Positions 39,005 through 48,845 of a stretch of 64,000 nt of DNA are shown piece after piece (the first letter of the stretch is position 1; every line of letters starts with the position of its first letter). The translations under genes were made by a program, and so were the position numbers. The notes under the pieces were generated by a model. It saw only the letters and a program-made list of their open reading frames with translations. It did not search any database and was not told the origin of the DNA. The stretch is from positions 124,001-188,000 of the IMG/VR virus record IMGVR_UViG_3300046167_000825; one strand, written 5' to 3'.

Positions 39005-40339
39005 ATGGCTCAATACACTGCAAATCAATATCGTTCAGCAATCAAGTTTATCCCACAATCATTGGGGCTTCACGGTGTTCCCGTTTATGCTCAAGGTCAA
39101 ATGTTCTTTTGCACTGCGAACTTCACATTGAACAAGTTCATCGTTCAATTGTGTCAGTGGGCGAAACACCATCCAGACGGTGTCCCCTCTCAAGGTCACA
39201 TCAAGCATTGGTGTTCTGAGGCTAATCGCTCTCACTATGTCACTGGACATGGCGACCGTATCAACACGACCCCACAGAAGAAGATCGTCATTCAGACCAT
39301 CCCCGATGTCCTCACACAGAGGATGATCATGGCACTCAATGGTGGCTTGTTGCACGAATCGGCTCATCTACTCTACACTCACCAAGCCCGTTTGGACTGG
39401 AAAGTTATGTGCAAGATGGTTCTTCCGTTGTGGGGCAAGGTCAATGACTGGTCGAAAATGCAATCGGCTCTTTTGTCTTGGACTAACCTCATTGAGGACA
39501 TCAGAATTGAGCGTCTTCTTCGTCAGAATTACGCCAATACTGCTACCCAGTTGGCTGACTTGCAAGACCTCATCCTCCGTATGGAAGGACACGAGAGTGG
39601 TAAGTTCGATGCCAACGCAAAGGCTCTACAAGTCATCTGTGGTTCTTTCAGAGATATCGGATTGGGCTACAATACAGTTCTAGGTCGCAAGGCTATCGCA
39701 TCGTACAAGAAGGTCGATGAGAAGGCTTTCAACTTCGTGACCAAAGGTGCTTTACGACCTATGCTTCTTGAAAGCATGAACCCAGATGAAAGTGACGGGG
39801 TCAAAACACTAGGATTGGCTCTCAAAGTGATCTGCAATATCGCAGACCTCATTGAGGCGAATACCCCCGATCAACCACAACCAAATCAACCCCAACCTCC
39901 AAAAGAAAGCAAATGCCCTAAGTGTGGTGCTGGTGCTAAGTCACTCGTTATCAAGGCGTTGTACGAACAAGGTCACAATGTACGAGTAAAGGGCAAGGGT
40001 GTCCTATGTTGTACCAACTGTGGGCATCAAGATGTCATCGACATTGAAGAGGAGGGAGGTCAAGGGCAACCACAACCAAATCAACCTATGCCACCTCAAC
40101 CCCGTTGGGAGGGCTTCGATGGTGATGACGATGCCGACAAGCCCGAAGACGGTGAGGGTCAAGAGGGTGAACAAGGTGATGACAAAGACGGTGAGGACAA
40201 CGGCTCTGGGAAGGGTTCTAAGCCTCCATTGTTCAAGGTCGGTGACAAAGCCTACTTGAATGGTCAAGAGGTTGTCGTTGTGGTCGCTGGTACTCCCAAT
40301 GACAAGGGTGTTCAAGAGGTCGAAGTCGAAGCCGTGTGA
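39005..40339 (+). CDS. CobT-like N-terminal half: HExxH metallopeptidase-like domain plus Zn ribbon
   Basis: GLLHESAHLLYT...NLIEDIRIER; CPKCG...CTNCG; acidic linker. Confidence 0.72.
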   Translation: MAQYTANQYRSAIKFIPQSLGLHGVPVYAQGQMFFCTANFTLNKFIVQLCQWAKHHPDGVPSQGHIKHWCSEANRSHYVTGHGDRINTTPQKKIVIQTIPDVLTQRMIMALNGGLLHESAHLLYTHQARLDWKVMCKMVLPLWGKVNDWSKMQSALLSWTNLIEDIRIERLLRQNYANTATQLADLQDLILRMEGHESGKFDANAKALQVICGSFRDIGLGYNTVLGRKAIASYKKVDEKAFNFVTKGALRPMLLESMNPDESDGVKTLGLALKVICNIADLIEANTPDQPQPNQPQPPKESKCPKCGAGAKSLVIKALYEQGHNVRVKGKGVLCCTNCGHQDVIDIEEEGGQGQPQPNQPMPPQPRWEGFDGDDDADKPEDGEGQEGEQGDDKDGEDNGSGKGSKPPLFKVGDKAYLNGQEVVVVVAGTPNDKGVQEVEVEAV

Positions 40340-40454
40340 TCGGCTCGGCTCTCGGAGGGGGGGATTTCCCTCCCCTATCGCTTCTGGGGGTAGTCAAGAA
40401 TCTACATGACTACCCTCGATAGTTCCTATATCCACTGCTCTTTATAAGGATGAT

Positions 40455-40485
40455 TGCGGTTGCATATATAAAAGAGATCCGTATA
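40455..40485 (+). promoter_or_regulatory. Class-I phage promoter motif
   Basis: TGCGGTTG-N16-CCGTATA; near-identical to the 38930 cassette. Confidence 0.8.
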
Positions 40486-40527
40486 GGGATTAGTCAATCA
40501 ATCAATATATTCATAGGAGAATAAATC

Positions 40528-41910
40528 ATGCGTATTTCAACACTGAACACGGCTCTGTCACTCACTCTCAAACAAGACCCCTCTAAAGATCAAGGCGACA
40601 ACAAAGATAGCCAAAACCCAGAGGGTTCTGACGGTCAAGGGCAAGACCAAGATCAAGACGGTGGCGACACTGGCAAGGGTGACAGTGACACTGACAAAGA
40701 CACCTCTGACGGCTCTGACAAGGGCGAGTCCGATAAGTCCGAGAAAGGCAAGTCCGAGAAAGGCAAGTCCGACAAGGGTGACGAAGAAGGCGAAACCCAA
40801 GAGGGCGAGGGCGACAAAGACGAGGGCTACGGGAATAACTCTGGTGGCAAGGGCGAACATCAAGGTGGAGGCGATGCCTCTGACGACCTCACCGATGTCG
40901 CTCAACAACTTGCCAATGCTATCCATCAAGGGCTATTCGGAACTACTGACCGTGACGATGCCCTCAATGACTCCCTTGAACAAGAAGTTCAAAAGAGTGA
41001 CCCCCTCCAGAGAGGTGAAGCGAGATACAATCCCACACAACGGATGTATCCAAAACAACTCTCTCACACTGAGAGAGATACTCTCTCAGCGAATAAGGTC
41101 TTGAAAGAGATCGCTAAAGAGAGTGGTCAAGTGAAAGTCGGTCTTCAACGCCTCATTCGGGCTATGGAGCAGACAAATGTTTCACACGGAACTCGTGATG
41201 GTCGTTTGTCATCCCGAATGTATGCAAAAACTTGGGGCGAACTGAAAGGTGGGAAATCCCCTAGTCGTCCGTACTACAAGAGATCGGAAAAGATGGATAT
41301 ATCCATCGCTTGTTCGGTGGTTGTCGATCAGTCCTCATCTATGAATGGATTGAAGAGACAAACCATCAAGGGTATGTTGGCTCTTGCCGATGCCCTCAAT
41401 AGTGTGGGTGCAGCAACACAAGTGACGGGCTACCGATACGGTGGGTATGACAACCCGAATCACTTTCATGGTGTCATGACAACACAAGTGAATGGTTCGG
41501 GTGCTTGCATTGATGTATTCCAACAGTTCGGGGAGAAGTTCACGGCTGTTAAAGGTCGATTCGCTCACCTCCGTGCCACTGGTGGAACTCCAACGGCTGA
41601 CGGTATGCAATATGCCTTAGAGGGCTTGTCAGAACGACCCGAAGCCTTTCGTGTGATGTTCGTCTTGACTGACGGTTATGCTGACGGGGGTCATCAACCC
41701 ATCATCAATCGACAAATCCGTCTAGCAATGGAGGCTGGAATACATATTGTCGGTGTCGGGCTTGGTCGTGGCACTCAAGGTGTCGTGAGTTCATATCCCG
41801 ATCACATCGTGGCAGAGAACATGGCTCAACTGCCAGAGAAACTCATTGCCAAACTCAAGGTGATACTCAAGCCCTCTGCCAACAAGAGAGGTCGTAGAGT
41901 GGCTTCCTAA
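40528..41910 (+). CDS. CobT-like C-terminal half: acidic linker plus von Willebrand A (MIDAS) domain
   Basis: VVVDQSSSM (DxSxS), GGTPT, FVLTDG, IVGVGLG. Confidence 0.8.
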   Translation: MRISTLNTALSLTLKQDPSKDQGDNKDSQNPEGSDGQGQDQDQDGGDTGKGDSDTDKDTSDGSDKGESDKSEKGKSEKGKSDKGDEEGETQEGEGDKDEGYGNNSGGKGEHQGGGDASDDLTDVAQQLANAIHQGLFGTTDRDDALNDSLEQEVQKSDPLQRGEARYNPTQRMYPKQLSHTERDTLSANKVLKEIAKESGQVKVGLQRLIRAMEQTNVSHGTRDGRLSSRMYAKTWGELKGGKSPSRPYYKRSEKMDISIACSVVVDQSSSMNGLKRQTIKGMLALADALNSVGAATQVTGYRYGGYDNPNHFHGVMTTQVNGSGACIDVFQQFGEKFTAVKGRFAHLRATGGTPTADGMQYALEGLSERPEAFRVMFVLTDGYADGGHQPIINRQIRLAMEAGIHIVGVGLGRGTQGVVSSYPDHIVAENMAQLPEKLIAKLKVILKPSANKRGRRVAS

Positions 41911-42078
41911 GCCCTCTGCGTTCTTCTGGGGGAGTGGTGTGTTCGCACACCGTTCCCCCTCTGCACTTCTGGGGAGTGACCTAGGATTCTTTAATGTCGT
42001 GCTGCACCCTCCGTGACGGGGCAGTTGCAGTTCCCCCTAGTTCACAATCACAATCACAATCAATAAGGAGTATCACCA

Positions 42079-43557
42079 ATGGCTGATATCTTTTCTGTCG
42101 ACCTCAAAGGTCTTTCTAATCTCTTACCACAAGACGGTCTGGCGTGGATCGTCAATGAACTCGTCCAGAACGCTTGGGATCAAGAAGTTCAGACGGTTCG
42201 CCTCGAACTCGACAAGATGTCCAACACGAGAAACCGTATTCGACTCGCCATCGAGGACGATGACCCAATCGGATTCATCAACCTCGCCCACTCTTTCACT
42301 CTCTTCGCCAAGTCGCACAAGTTGGGCAACGCTGAGAAACGTGGGAGATTCAATCTCGGTGAGAAACTGGTCATCGCTTATGCGATTGCCTCTGGTGGCT
42401 CTGTCAAAATCGAATCCACCAAAGGTGGCTTCCACTTCAGCAAGGACGGTCGGACATCCATCCGTAAGAAGAGAGCCTTTGGTTCTCGTGTCGAAGTTGT
42501 GTTCAAAGCAACCCAAGCACAGTATGACGAACTGGTGGCACATGTCGGAACTCTCATCCCACCAAAAGACCACACCGAGTTCGTTGAGATAGAGCAGTCA
42601 ATCAAGACCACGCTCTCCAAACCGACTCTCATTAAGTCAGTGACGGGTGTCAATCTCCCAACCATGTTGGCTAATAGTGAAGGTGTCCTCCGTAGGACTA
42701 GAAGGAACACCACTGTCGACCTCTATGAAGTGATTGACGGTGACACACCATATCTATATGAAATGGGAATCCCAGTAGTCCCAAGCGAAACACCCTATCA
42801 CATAGATATCCAACAGAAGATACCATTGAACATGCAGCGAGACAATGTCACGCCAGCGTACTTCAAGGCAATCGCTACCACTGTCCTCAACGCAACGGCT
42901 GACCTTCTGACAGTAGAGCAGATCACTCAGAGTTGGGTCAAGGAAGCAATGGAGGACAAGGATGTCGATGCCGAATCAGTCGAGGCAGTTCTCGATACCA
43001 AGTACGGGAAGAAGAGAGTAGTCCACGACCCCAATCACCCAGAATCCTCTGCTGTCGCTATCGCTAAAGGATACACCGTTGTCTACGGTGGCAATGAATC
43101 ACGAAGCACATGGGAGAATATCAGAACGCACAGACCAGTGACCTCCGCTGGAATCAAGTTCGATACAACCAATACCGTCTCCTTCGACCCAGACGGTATA
43201 GATGTCTCCCTCCCAGAAGACCAATGGACTGACGGGATGAAAAGCCTCGCTCTATTCTGCCAGAAGACCCATAAGGAAATCTTCGGAGCGAAATTAAGAA
43301 TCCAGTTCTTCAAAGACCCTAGAGGCTACCTCGCTTGCTACTCCCGAAACTCTCTGACCTTCAACTACCGAAGCATCGGGAAGACGAAGTGCAGCAACTG
43401 GAAGACCCACCTTGAGTACTTCGTGGATTTAATCATCCACGAGTTCGCTCATCGCTATGGGAGTTCGCACTTCTCAGAAGACTACTGGCGAGGCACGACT
43501 AAGGTCGGAGCGAAGATGGCTCTGCTGCTGAGAGCAAAACCCGAACTGCTGGACTAA
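42079..43557 (+). CDS. GHKL (HATPase) domain fused to a C-terminal HExxH metalloprotease-like domain
   Basis: ELVQNAWD, IEDDDPIGF, RGRFNLGEK, GS.V; C-terminal LIIHEFAH...HFS. Confidence 0.78.
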   Translation: MADIFSVDLKGLSNLLPQDGLAWIVNELVQNAWDQEVQTVRLELDKMSNTRNRIRLAIEDDDPIGFINLAHSFTLFAKSHKLGNAEKRGRFNLGEKLVIAYAIASGGSVKIESTKGGFHFSKDGRTSIRKKRAFGSRVEVVFKATQAQYDELVAHVGTLIPPKDHTEFVEIEQSIKTTLSKPTLIKSVTGVNLPTMLANSEGVLRRTRRNTTVDLYEVIDGDTPYLYEMGIPVVPSETPYHIDIQQKIPLNMQRDNVTPAYFKAIATTVLNATADLLTVEQITQSWVKEAMEDKDVDAESVEAVLDTKYGKKRVVHDPNHPESSAVAIAKGYTVVYGGNESRSTWENIRTHRPVTSAGIKFDTTNTVSFDPDGIDVSLPEDQWTDGMKSLALFCQKTHKEIFGAKLRIQFFKDPRGYLACYSRNSLTFNYRSIGKTKCSNWKTHLEYFVDLIIHEFAHRYGSSHFSEDYWRGTTKVGAKMALLLRAKPELLD

Positions 43558-43565
43558 CGAATGGA

Positions 43566-43588
43566 TGACTGGGGGAATCCCCCAGTCA
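43566..43588. terminator. Perfect GC-rich hairpin after the GHKL gene
   Basis: TGACTGGGGG-AAT-CCCCCAGTCA. Confidence 0.55.
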
Positions 43589-43871
43589 GTTCCACCTCCC
43601 CTAGTCAAGAATCTAGGAGAGACCCCCTCCCTCCCCCCTCCCGCCTCCTCGATTCTAAAATCCAGACCCCCTCTGCGAACACGAAAAACCGTTCGATTAA
43701 CTATCGGGGGGGCGGGGATCAACCAAAATTGCCGTATTGAAAACGCATTGATTTTCTCAAACCTTTGTTTAACCCCCGTTTTTAACCCCGCATCTTCGTG
43801 CAAGGAGGGAACGCAAGGAGGAAATAATCTTTCTATATCTCTTTAATAGTAACTGTTTATGGAGAGATATT

Positions 43872-44333
43872 ATGTCAGATTTACGAGGCAACCTTATTCG
43901 TTTAGCACACGCCAACCCAGAACTCCGAAAGGACTTGATACCCTTGTTGAAGCAAGCCAACCCGATAAGACATTGGAAACTTAAGAAAGGTGTTGCACAC
44001 ATTAGATATCGGATAGAGTCTGGTGGCAAGCGACTCCTAGTGCTGATCTCTTATCGTGGTAATAAAGATAGAGTGCTGATAAGTGATTTGGCACAAGAAC
44101 TGACATACGTTGAAAATGAAGCCAAAGGAACGGCTAAAACTCTGAGTAGTCTGATGTCACAAGGTAGTTTGGGTCTTCAGACCTTCTCAATGGACAGTGT
44201 CGAGGCAGAGTTCGACAGCAAGTATCCAATCTTGGTAAGACACTCCTCCTACTATGAGATTTTTGACGGTAAAGAAGAAACCGTCAGAGGGATGATGGAG
44301 AACCTCATGGGTGCTTCCGAATTGAAAAGGTAG
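43872..44333 (+). CDS. Hypothetical protein with an N-terminal LIRLAHANPELRKDLIPLL tag
   Basis: GGAG SD; tag shared with the 48846 and 56034 ORFs. Confidence 0.7.
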   Translation: MSDLRGNLIRLAHANPELRKDLIPLLKQANPIRHWKLKKGVAHIRYRIESGGKRLLVLISYRGNKDRVLISDLAQELTYVENEAKGTAKTLSSLMSQGSLGLQTFSMDSVEAEFDSKYPILVRHSSYYEIFDGKEETVRGMMENLMGASELKR

Positions 44334-44482
44334 AAAGCACTGGGTTTTTCAAAACGCATTTGCGAATTAGTGATCCGTGAAATTGTTCTGGTAATTTTTT
44401 TTGGGGGGTTGGTTTTGACCCCCCTTTGGTATTCTGTCTATATTGTATAGAAAGGTGAAGCATTATAAGGGGTATTGAAAAC

Positions 44483-45139
44483 ATGAAAGATGTTGAACTA
44501 TGGCATGGGGATTGTCTAAAATTGATGAAAGACATTGAAGACAATAGTGTTGATTTGTGTCTCACGGACATACCGTACGATGTTGTCAATAGATCCAGCA
44601 ATGGCTTGAGATCCCTTGATAAAGGTACGGCAGATATTTTAACCTTTGATTTGACTGACTTTTTAGACGAGGTCACAAGAATAAGCAAGACGGTCATTAT
44701 CTTTTGTGGTAAAGAGCAATTCTCTACAATTTATGCCTACTATGCCTCTAAAAAAGGGACAACTAGACCTATTGTATGGCAAAAATCAAATCCATCCCCT
44801 ATGAACGGTCAATATGTATATTTATCGGGGATTGAAATGGCAGTGTGGTTTAAGTCAAAAAAATCAAAAACATTTAATGCCCACTGTAAAAACACAGTAT
44901 TCAAGCATCCAAATGGCAGAAATAAACTACACCCAACAGAGAAAAATCATAGGTTACTAGAAGAATTAATACTTGATAACACCAATGAGGGCGATCTTGT
45001 GCTCGATCCGTGTGGTGGTAGTTTCTCGACTGGGATTGCTTGTCTAAAAATCAAGCGTAGATTTAGGGGTATAGAAAAAGACCCAATGTATTTCGAGATA
45101 GCAAAGAAACGCATTGAAGAACATCAAAAAACAATTTAA
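44483..45139 (+). CDS. Orphan N6A/N4C DNA methyltransferase (beta class)
   Basis: GDCL...VDLCLTDIPY...HPTEK...VLDPCGGS..TG...GIE; more AT-rich than its neighbours. Confidence 0.88.
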   Translation: MKDVELWHGDCLKLMKDIEDNSVDLCLTDIPYDVVNRSSNGLRSLDKGTADILTFDLTDFLDEVTRISKTVIIFCGKEQFSTIYAYYASKKGTTRPIVWQKSNPSPMNGQYVYLSGIEMAVWFKSKKSKTFNAHCKNTVFKHPNGRNKLHPTEKNHRLLEELILDNTNEGDLVLDPCGGSFSTGIACLKIKRRFRGIEKDPMYFEIAKKRIEEHQKTI

Positions 45140-45150
45140 GGGGTATTGAA

Positions 45151-45792
45151 ATGAAGAAACTATCAAAAGAAGCGACACTTCGGTTGTTGTTACAAGGTAT
45201 GTACAAGGGTTTACAAGATGCAAAGAACGACCCATTGGTACAAGCGAAGTATCCTCGTGGGTTATCCTTCATTGAGGGGATGGTTGTAGATTTGGGTAAG
45301 AAGGCAGCCCGTGACCCCAACTTCAAATTGAGTGAGAAGCAAGTGAAGAAACTCAATCAGTTCTTGGGTGGTAGTTCGGGAGTCTTGAGTTCTGTTCTCC
45401 GTAGGCACATTGTCCGTCATTGTAATGGCAATGAGTGTACGATGGTATCCCCCAATGAGTTTCGTTTTGAGTATGTCAAGCCGACCTTTCACGTTACGGG
45501 TGAGTTGCGAGTTGGTGGTACATACAAAGAAGACACTTATCAGATAGACAGCACGGTAGAGACCTTATCGGAGGTGTTAGCCCAGTATGCCATTTCAATG
45601 AAGGGTTATCGTAGAGGTATGACAGAGTATTCCTTTGAGAATGGTGTCATCAAGATGGAGTCAATGCACCGTAATCGTGCAGATATTTTTGATGTCAATG
45701 AAAAGACATCGGAACTAGAGTTATTTATCAACGGCAAGCCTTTAGCGAAAGCATTGGGTGAGCAAGCCATTAAGTATTTCCAAAGGAGTTAA
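45151..45792 (+). CDS. Hypothetical protein
   Basis: Clean ORF; starts MKKLSKEA. Confidence 0.6.
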   Translation: MKKLSKEATLRLLLQGMYKGLQDAKNDPLVQAKYPRGLSFIEGMVVDLGKKAARDPNFKLSEKQVKKLNQFLGGSSGVLSSVLRRHIVRHCNGNECTMVSPNEFRFEYVKPTFHVTGELRVGGTYKEDTYQIDSTVETLSEVLAQYAISMKGYRRGMTEYSFENGVIKMESMHRNRADIFDVNEKTSELELFINGKPLAKALGEQAIKYFQRS

Positions 45793-45794
45793 TC

Positions 45795-46160
45795 ATGAAA
45801 TGGACAATAACGGGAAGATATCAATCTGGATCGAAGAACATTATATCGGGCAACATGGGTCGGTGGTCAGTACAATCCGACACGGCTTTCAGTATTGAGG
45901 TATCTCGGTTCTCTGAGGTATTCCATCAACAGAAATACCCCATGATGCCTATACCTTCTGGTCGTGGTACAGACACAGTGGGTTATCGTATGTCGAAAGA
46001 CAAGACTGGCATCGTGATGGATCAAGTTCATCATCATTCCACGAAGCCCGTCAAGATGATTTTCCGTAGAGCAATCCACGAGTTGAAGATCAACGGTGCA
46101 GCACCTTCAAGAGAGATGTTGGAGAAAACCGTGAAGTACCTAGAACGTAAGTTCAAATGA
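45795..46160 (+). CDS. Hypothetical protein
   Basis: AAGGAG SD; C-terminus resembles that of the upstream ORF (EL.ING......L.E..(I/V)KY). Confidence 0.6.
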   Translation: MKWTITGRYQSGSKNIISGNMGRWSVQSDTAFSIEVSRFSEVFHQQKYPMMPIPSGRGTDTVGYRMSKDKTGIVMDQVHHHSTKPVKMIFRRAIHELKINGAAPSREMLEKTVKYLERKFK

Positions 46161-46957
46161 AGAAATTAGCGAAGGCTATGGTTATCCCCGTTCGTCAGAG
46201 AACGCAATACACTTGCGTTCCTTGTTCTTTGTCTATGTGCTTGAAGGCATTGGGTATGGAGTGGATGACGGAGGACATCGTCAATGACGTGATGGGTGCT
46301 AGACCGATGAAGGGTGCTACTTGGGAAGCCGTCATCAATGCCGCCCAGCATTTCGGTAAGCGTGCAACTCTCACTGCTCCTTGTACAATCGAGCAAATGA
46401 AGGAATGGACTGACCAAGGGTTACCGATAATGATTGCTTGGAATCCAGAGGGTCGAGAGTGGAGTCACGCTTCCACTGTGTTCCATGTTTGTGAGGAATA
46501 TGTTTGGGTGGCTGACCCGAACATCCCCGACCCCAATGAAGTGGTTAGGAAAGTGCCTCACAAAGATTTTTATTCCAAGTGGTACGAGAAGCACACGAAC
46601 TATCTAGTTCGGAGACCCGCTGTTGTGATATCCCACGAGATATCTGAATCTGGCATGCAAGTGCCGTATCCCAATATGAGGATGGCGAAAACGGCTGGAA
46701 GTGATTACATGTCCAAGCAGAACATTCGAGATTCTTTGCGTATGTGCCAAGAGTTAGTTCTGTGGGTTGACGGTGAGAACATGGAGGACTGGGTGGAGGA
46801 CAAGTTGTCGGTCATTCGTGCAGCACTCTCAGATGTCCATCGTTTCTACACCAATGGTAAGTGGGATATCGGGAAAGAGAAGATCACTCTTTGGCGAGAA
46901 GCCAGCAGTGTCGGGAGAGTTTCAGATCGTTATCAAGCACGAGTTGAGGACAGTTGA
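46157..46957 (+). CDS. Papain-like C39-family cysteine peptidase plus a C-terminal helical module
   Basis: Q.TQYTC (Gln, catalytic Cys)...WSHAS (His)...VWVADP (Asp). Confidence 0.78.
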   Translation: MKKLAKAMVIPVRQRTQYTCVPCSLSMCLKALGMEWMTEDIVNDVMGARPMKGATWEAVINAAQHFGKRATLTAPCTIEQMKEWTDQGLPIMIAWNPEGREWSHASTVFHVCEEYVWVADPNIPDPNEVVRKVPHKDFYSKWYEKHTNYLVRRPAVVISHEISESGMQVPYPNMRMAKTAGSDYMSKQNIRDSLRMCQELVLWVDGENMEDWVEDKLSVIRAALSDVHRFYTNGKWDIGKEKITLWREASSVGRVSDRYQARVEDS

Positions 46958-47247
46958 TTTGGTTCGTGCTATTCGATATTTCATATCGGAACTTAGTTGA
47001 AGACACCCAATGTTTTTATGTAACGACACCCGAACTAGAGGGGTTGTCGGAAGCAGAGAAGGATTGGGTGTTTTTTCATACGCTTGGTATTGAGTTCGGT
47101 TGGGTATTATCTTCGTGGGACAAGGAATCCAGAACTATTTTTTTGGATGATGGTCGAGAAATCTTTATGTTGGATTATTGGGAGGAGAACCCTTCCCATA
47201 AGCCCCACACAAGATTATTGAACAATACACTATGGCACAACAAATAG
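46954..47247 (+). CDS. Hypothetical protein
   Basis: TTGA overlap; fills the operon gap. Confidence 0.45.
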   Translation: MIWFVLFDISYRNLVEDTQCFYVTTPELEGLSEAEKDWVFFHTLGIEFGWVLSSWDKESRTIFLDDGREIFMLDYWEENPSHKPHTRLLNNTLWHNK

Positions 47248-47257
47248 GAGAATAACA

Positions 47258-48796
47258 ATGTCGAAAGAGATATATTTTGGGGAAGACTTCCGAACTCAAA
47301 TACTGAAGGGTGCTGACATATTTGCGAACACCGTGACCAAGACAATGGGGCCATTTAGTGGCACAGTCATGATGAATCGAATGGGGGGTTTGCTCCAAAC
47401 GAAAGATGGTGTGACGGTCGCCCGTGAGATCAATCTGAAGAACCCCGTAGCGAATATGGGTTGTCAAGTGTTGAAGGAGGCTTGTATCAAGGTCAATGAC
47501 GAGGCTGGTGATGGCACGACCACCACTGCTTGTTTGACCAACGCCATTTTGAGAGAGGGGCATAAGATGATCACGGCTGGGTTTGACCCCATGACTCTCC
47601 AAAGGGAACTCCGTCAAGCGAGTGATAAAGTTATCAAGACCTTGTGGGATAATGCCTTCCCCGTTGAGGAGGAATCCGAACTTCATTCAGTTGCAATGAT
47701 TTCTTGTAACGGTGACCGAGAGGTAGCCGATGTCTTAACTGAGGCTTGTCTTGCTGTCGGTAAAGATGGGACAGTGGTTATCGAAGAAGGGAAGGGCATT
47801 GGTATCGAGATGGATTTCAAGGAGGGCTTTGAGTTATCTTGTGGGGCAGTGAGTCGTCATTTTATGGACAACGCCCTTGAGAAGAAGTTGATTTCCCCTT
47901 TGGTTGCGATTGTTCCGAAAGTGATTACATCCATGAAGGATGTCCATTCGATGCTTGAAGAATCTTCCCAGTTCCCCCAGAATGAGTTGTTGTTAATTTG
48001 TTATGGGTTGGAAGGGGAAGCCTTGAAGTTTATGGCGACCAATCATGTGAAGGGTGTTTGTACATCAATGCCCATCAATATCGCTGGGGTATCTCTGAGG
48101 AGAGCCGAGTACATGAAGGACTTGGCGGCTCTTTGTGGTTGTGAAGTTTTAGAGGTGGATCAGTATGACATCACGAAGTTCAATACGGACTGGTTTGGGT
48201 CTTGCTTGGAGGTTCTTGTCCAAGAGAAGAAAACCATCTTCTCGGCTTTCGATGAAGCCGAAACCTCCATCGAAAGGAGAGTCAACGAACTCCAAACAGA
48301 TATGGCGAGTTCGATTTCAGATTACGACCGAGATGACATCACAAAAAGAATATCCAAACTGAAGGGTGGTTTCTGTTTGGTTTCAGTTGGTGGTCACACC
48401 GAACTGGCTATGAAAGAGAAACGTGCTCGGATTGAGGATGCACTTGGTGCTGTTCAGAGTGCTTTGAAAACTGGGATAGTCGCTGGTGGTGGGGCTTCTT
48501 ATCTTTGGGCATCTCAAGTTCTGAGTGACGATGGTGGTGAAGGTATTCTTAAACGGGCTTTAAGGAAACCAATGGAAACGATAGTGGGCAATGCTCGGCA
48601 GAACGGTGACTTCGCTGTGGAGATTCTGCTCCGTGATGGTGAACATGCTTGGCACGGGTGGGATGTCCGTAAGAAAAAGGTGATTGATCTTTATAAGACA
48701 AAGATTATTGACCCTCTCCTCGTGGCAGAGAAAGCCGTTGAGAGTTCGGTTTCTGTTGCTGGATTGATGATTACTGCTGAGGCTGGTATCGTTTGA
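47258..48796 (+). CDS. groEL: Phage chaperonin, GroEL/Cpn60-like
   Basis: TKDGVTVAREI, AGDGTTT, KEKRARIEDAL...GIVAGGG, IIDP; no GGM tail. Confidence 0.92.
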   Translation: MSKEIYFGEDFRTQILKGADIFANTVTKTMGPFSGTVMMNRMGGLLQTKDGVTVAREINLKNPVANMGCQVLKEACIKVNDEAGDGTTTTACLTNAILREGHKMITAGFDPMTLQRELRQASDKVIKTLWDNAFPVEEESELHSVAMISCNGDREVADVLTEACLAVGKDGTVVIEEGKGIGIEMDFKEGFELSCGAVSRHFMDNALEKKLISPLVAIVPKVITSMKDVHSMLEESSQFPQNELLLICYGLEGEALKFMATNHVKGVCTSMPINIAGVSLRRAEYMKDLAALCGCEVLEVDQYDITKFNTDWFGSCLEVLVQEKKTIFSAFDEAETSIERRVNELQTDMASSISDYDRDDITKRISKLKGGFCLVSVGGHTELAMKEKRARIEDALGAVQSALKTGIVAGGGASYLWASQVLSDDGGEGILKRALRKPMETIVGNARQNGDFAVEILLRDGEHAWHGWDVRKKKVIDLYKTKIIDPLLVAEKAVESSVSVAGLMITAEAGIV

Positions 48797-48845
48797 TAAT
48801 CTATTTATATTCTCATTTGAGAGAAAGACTTATATTGGAGTGATT

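Noticed and set aside
40200-40580. Split intein joining the HExxH and vWA halves
   Set aside because: No N-terminal C/S intein block and no C-terminal HN-C/S/T motif; KVGD alone is insufficient
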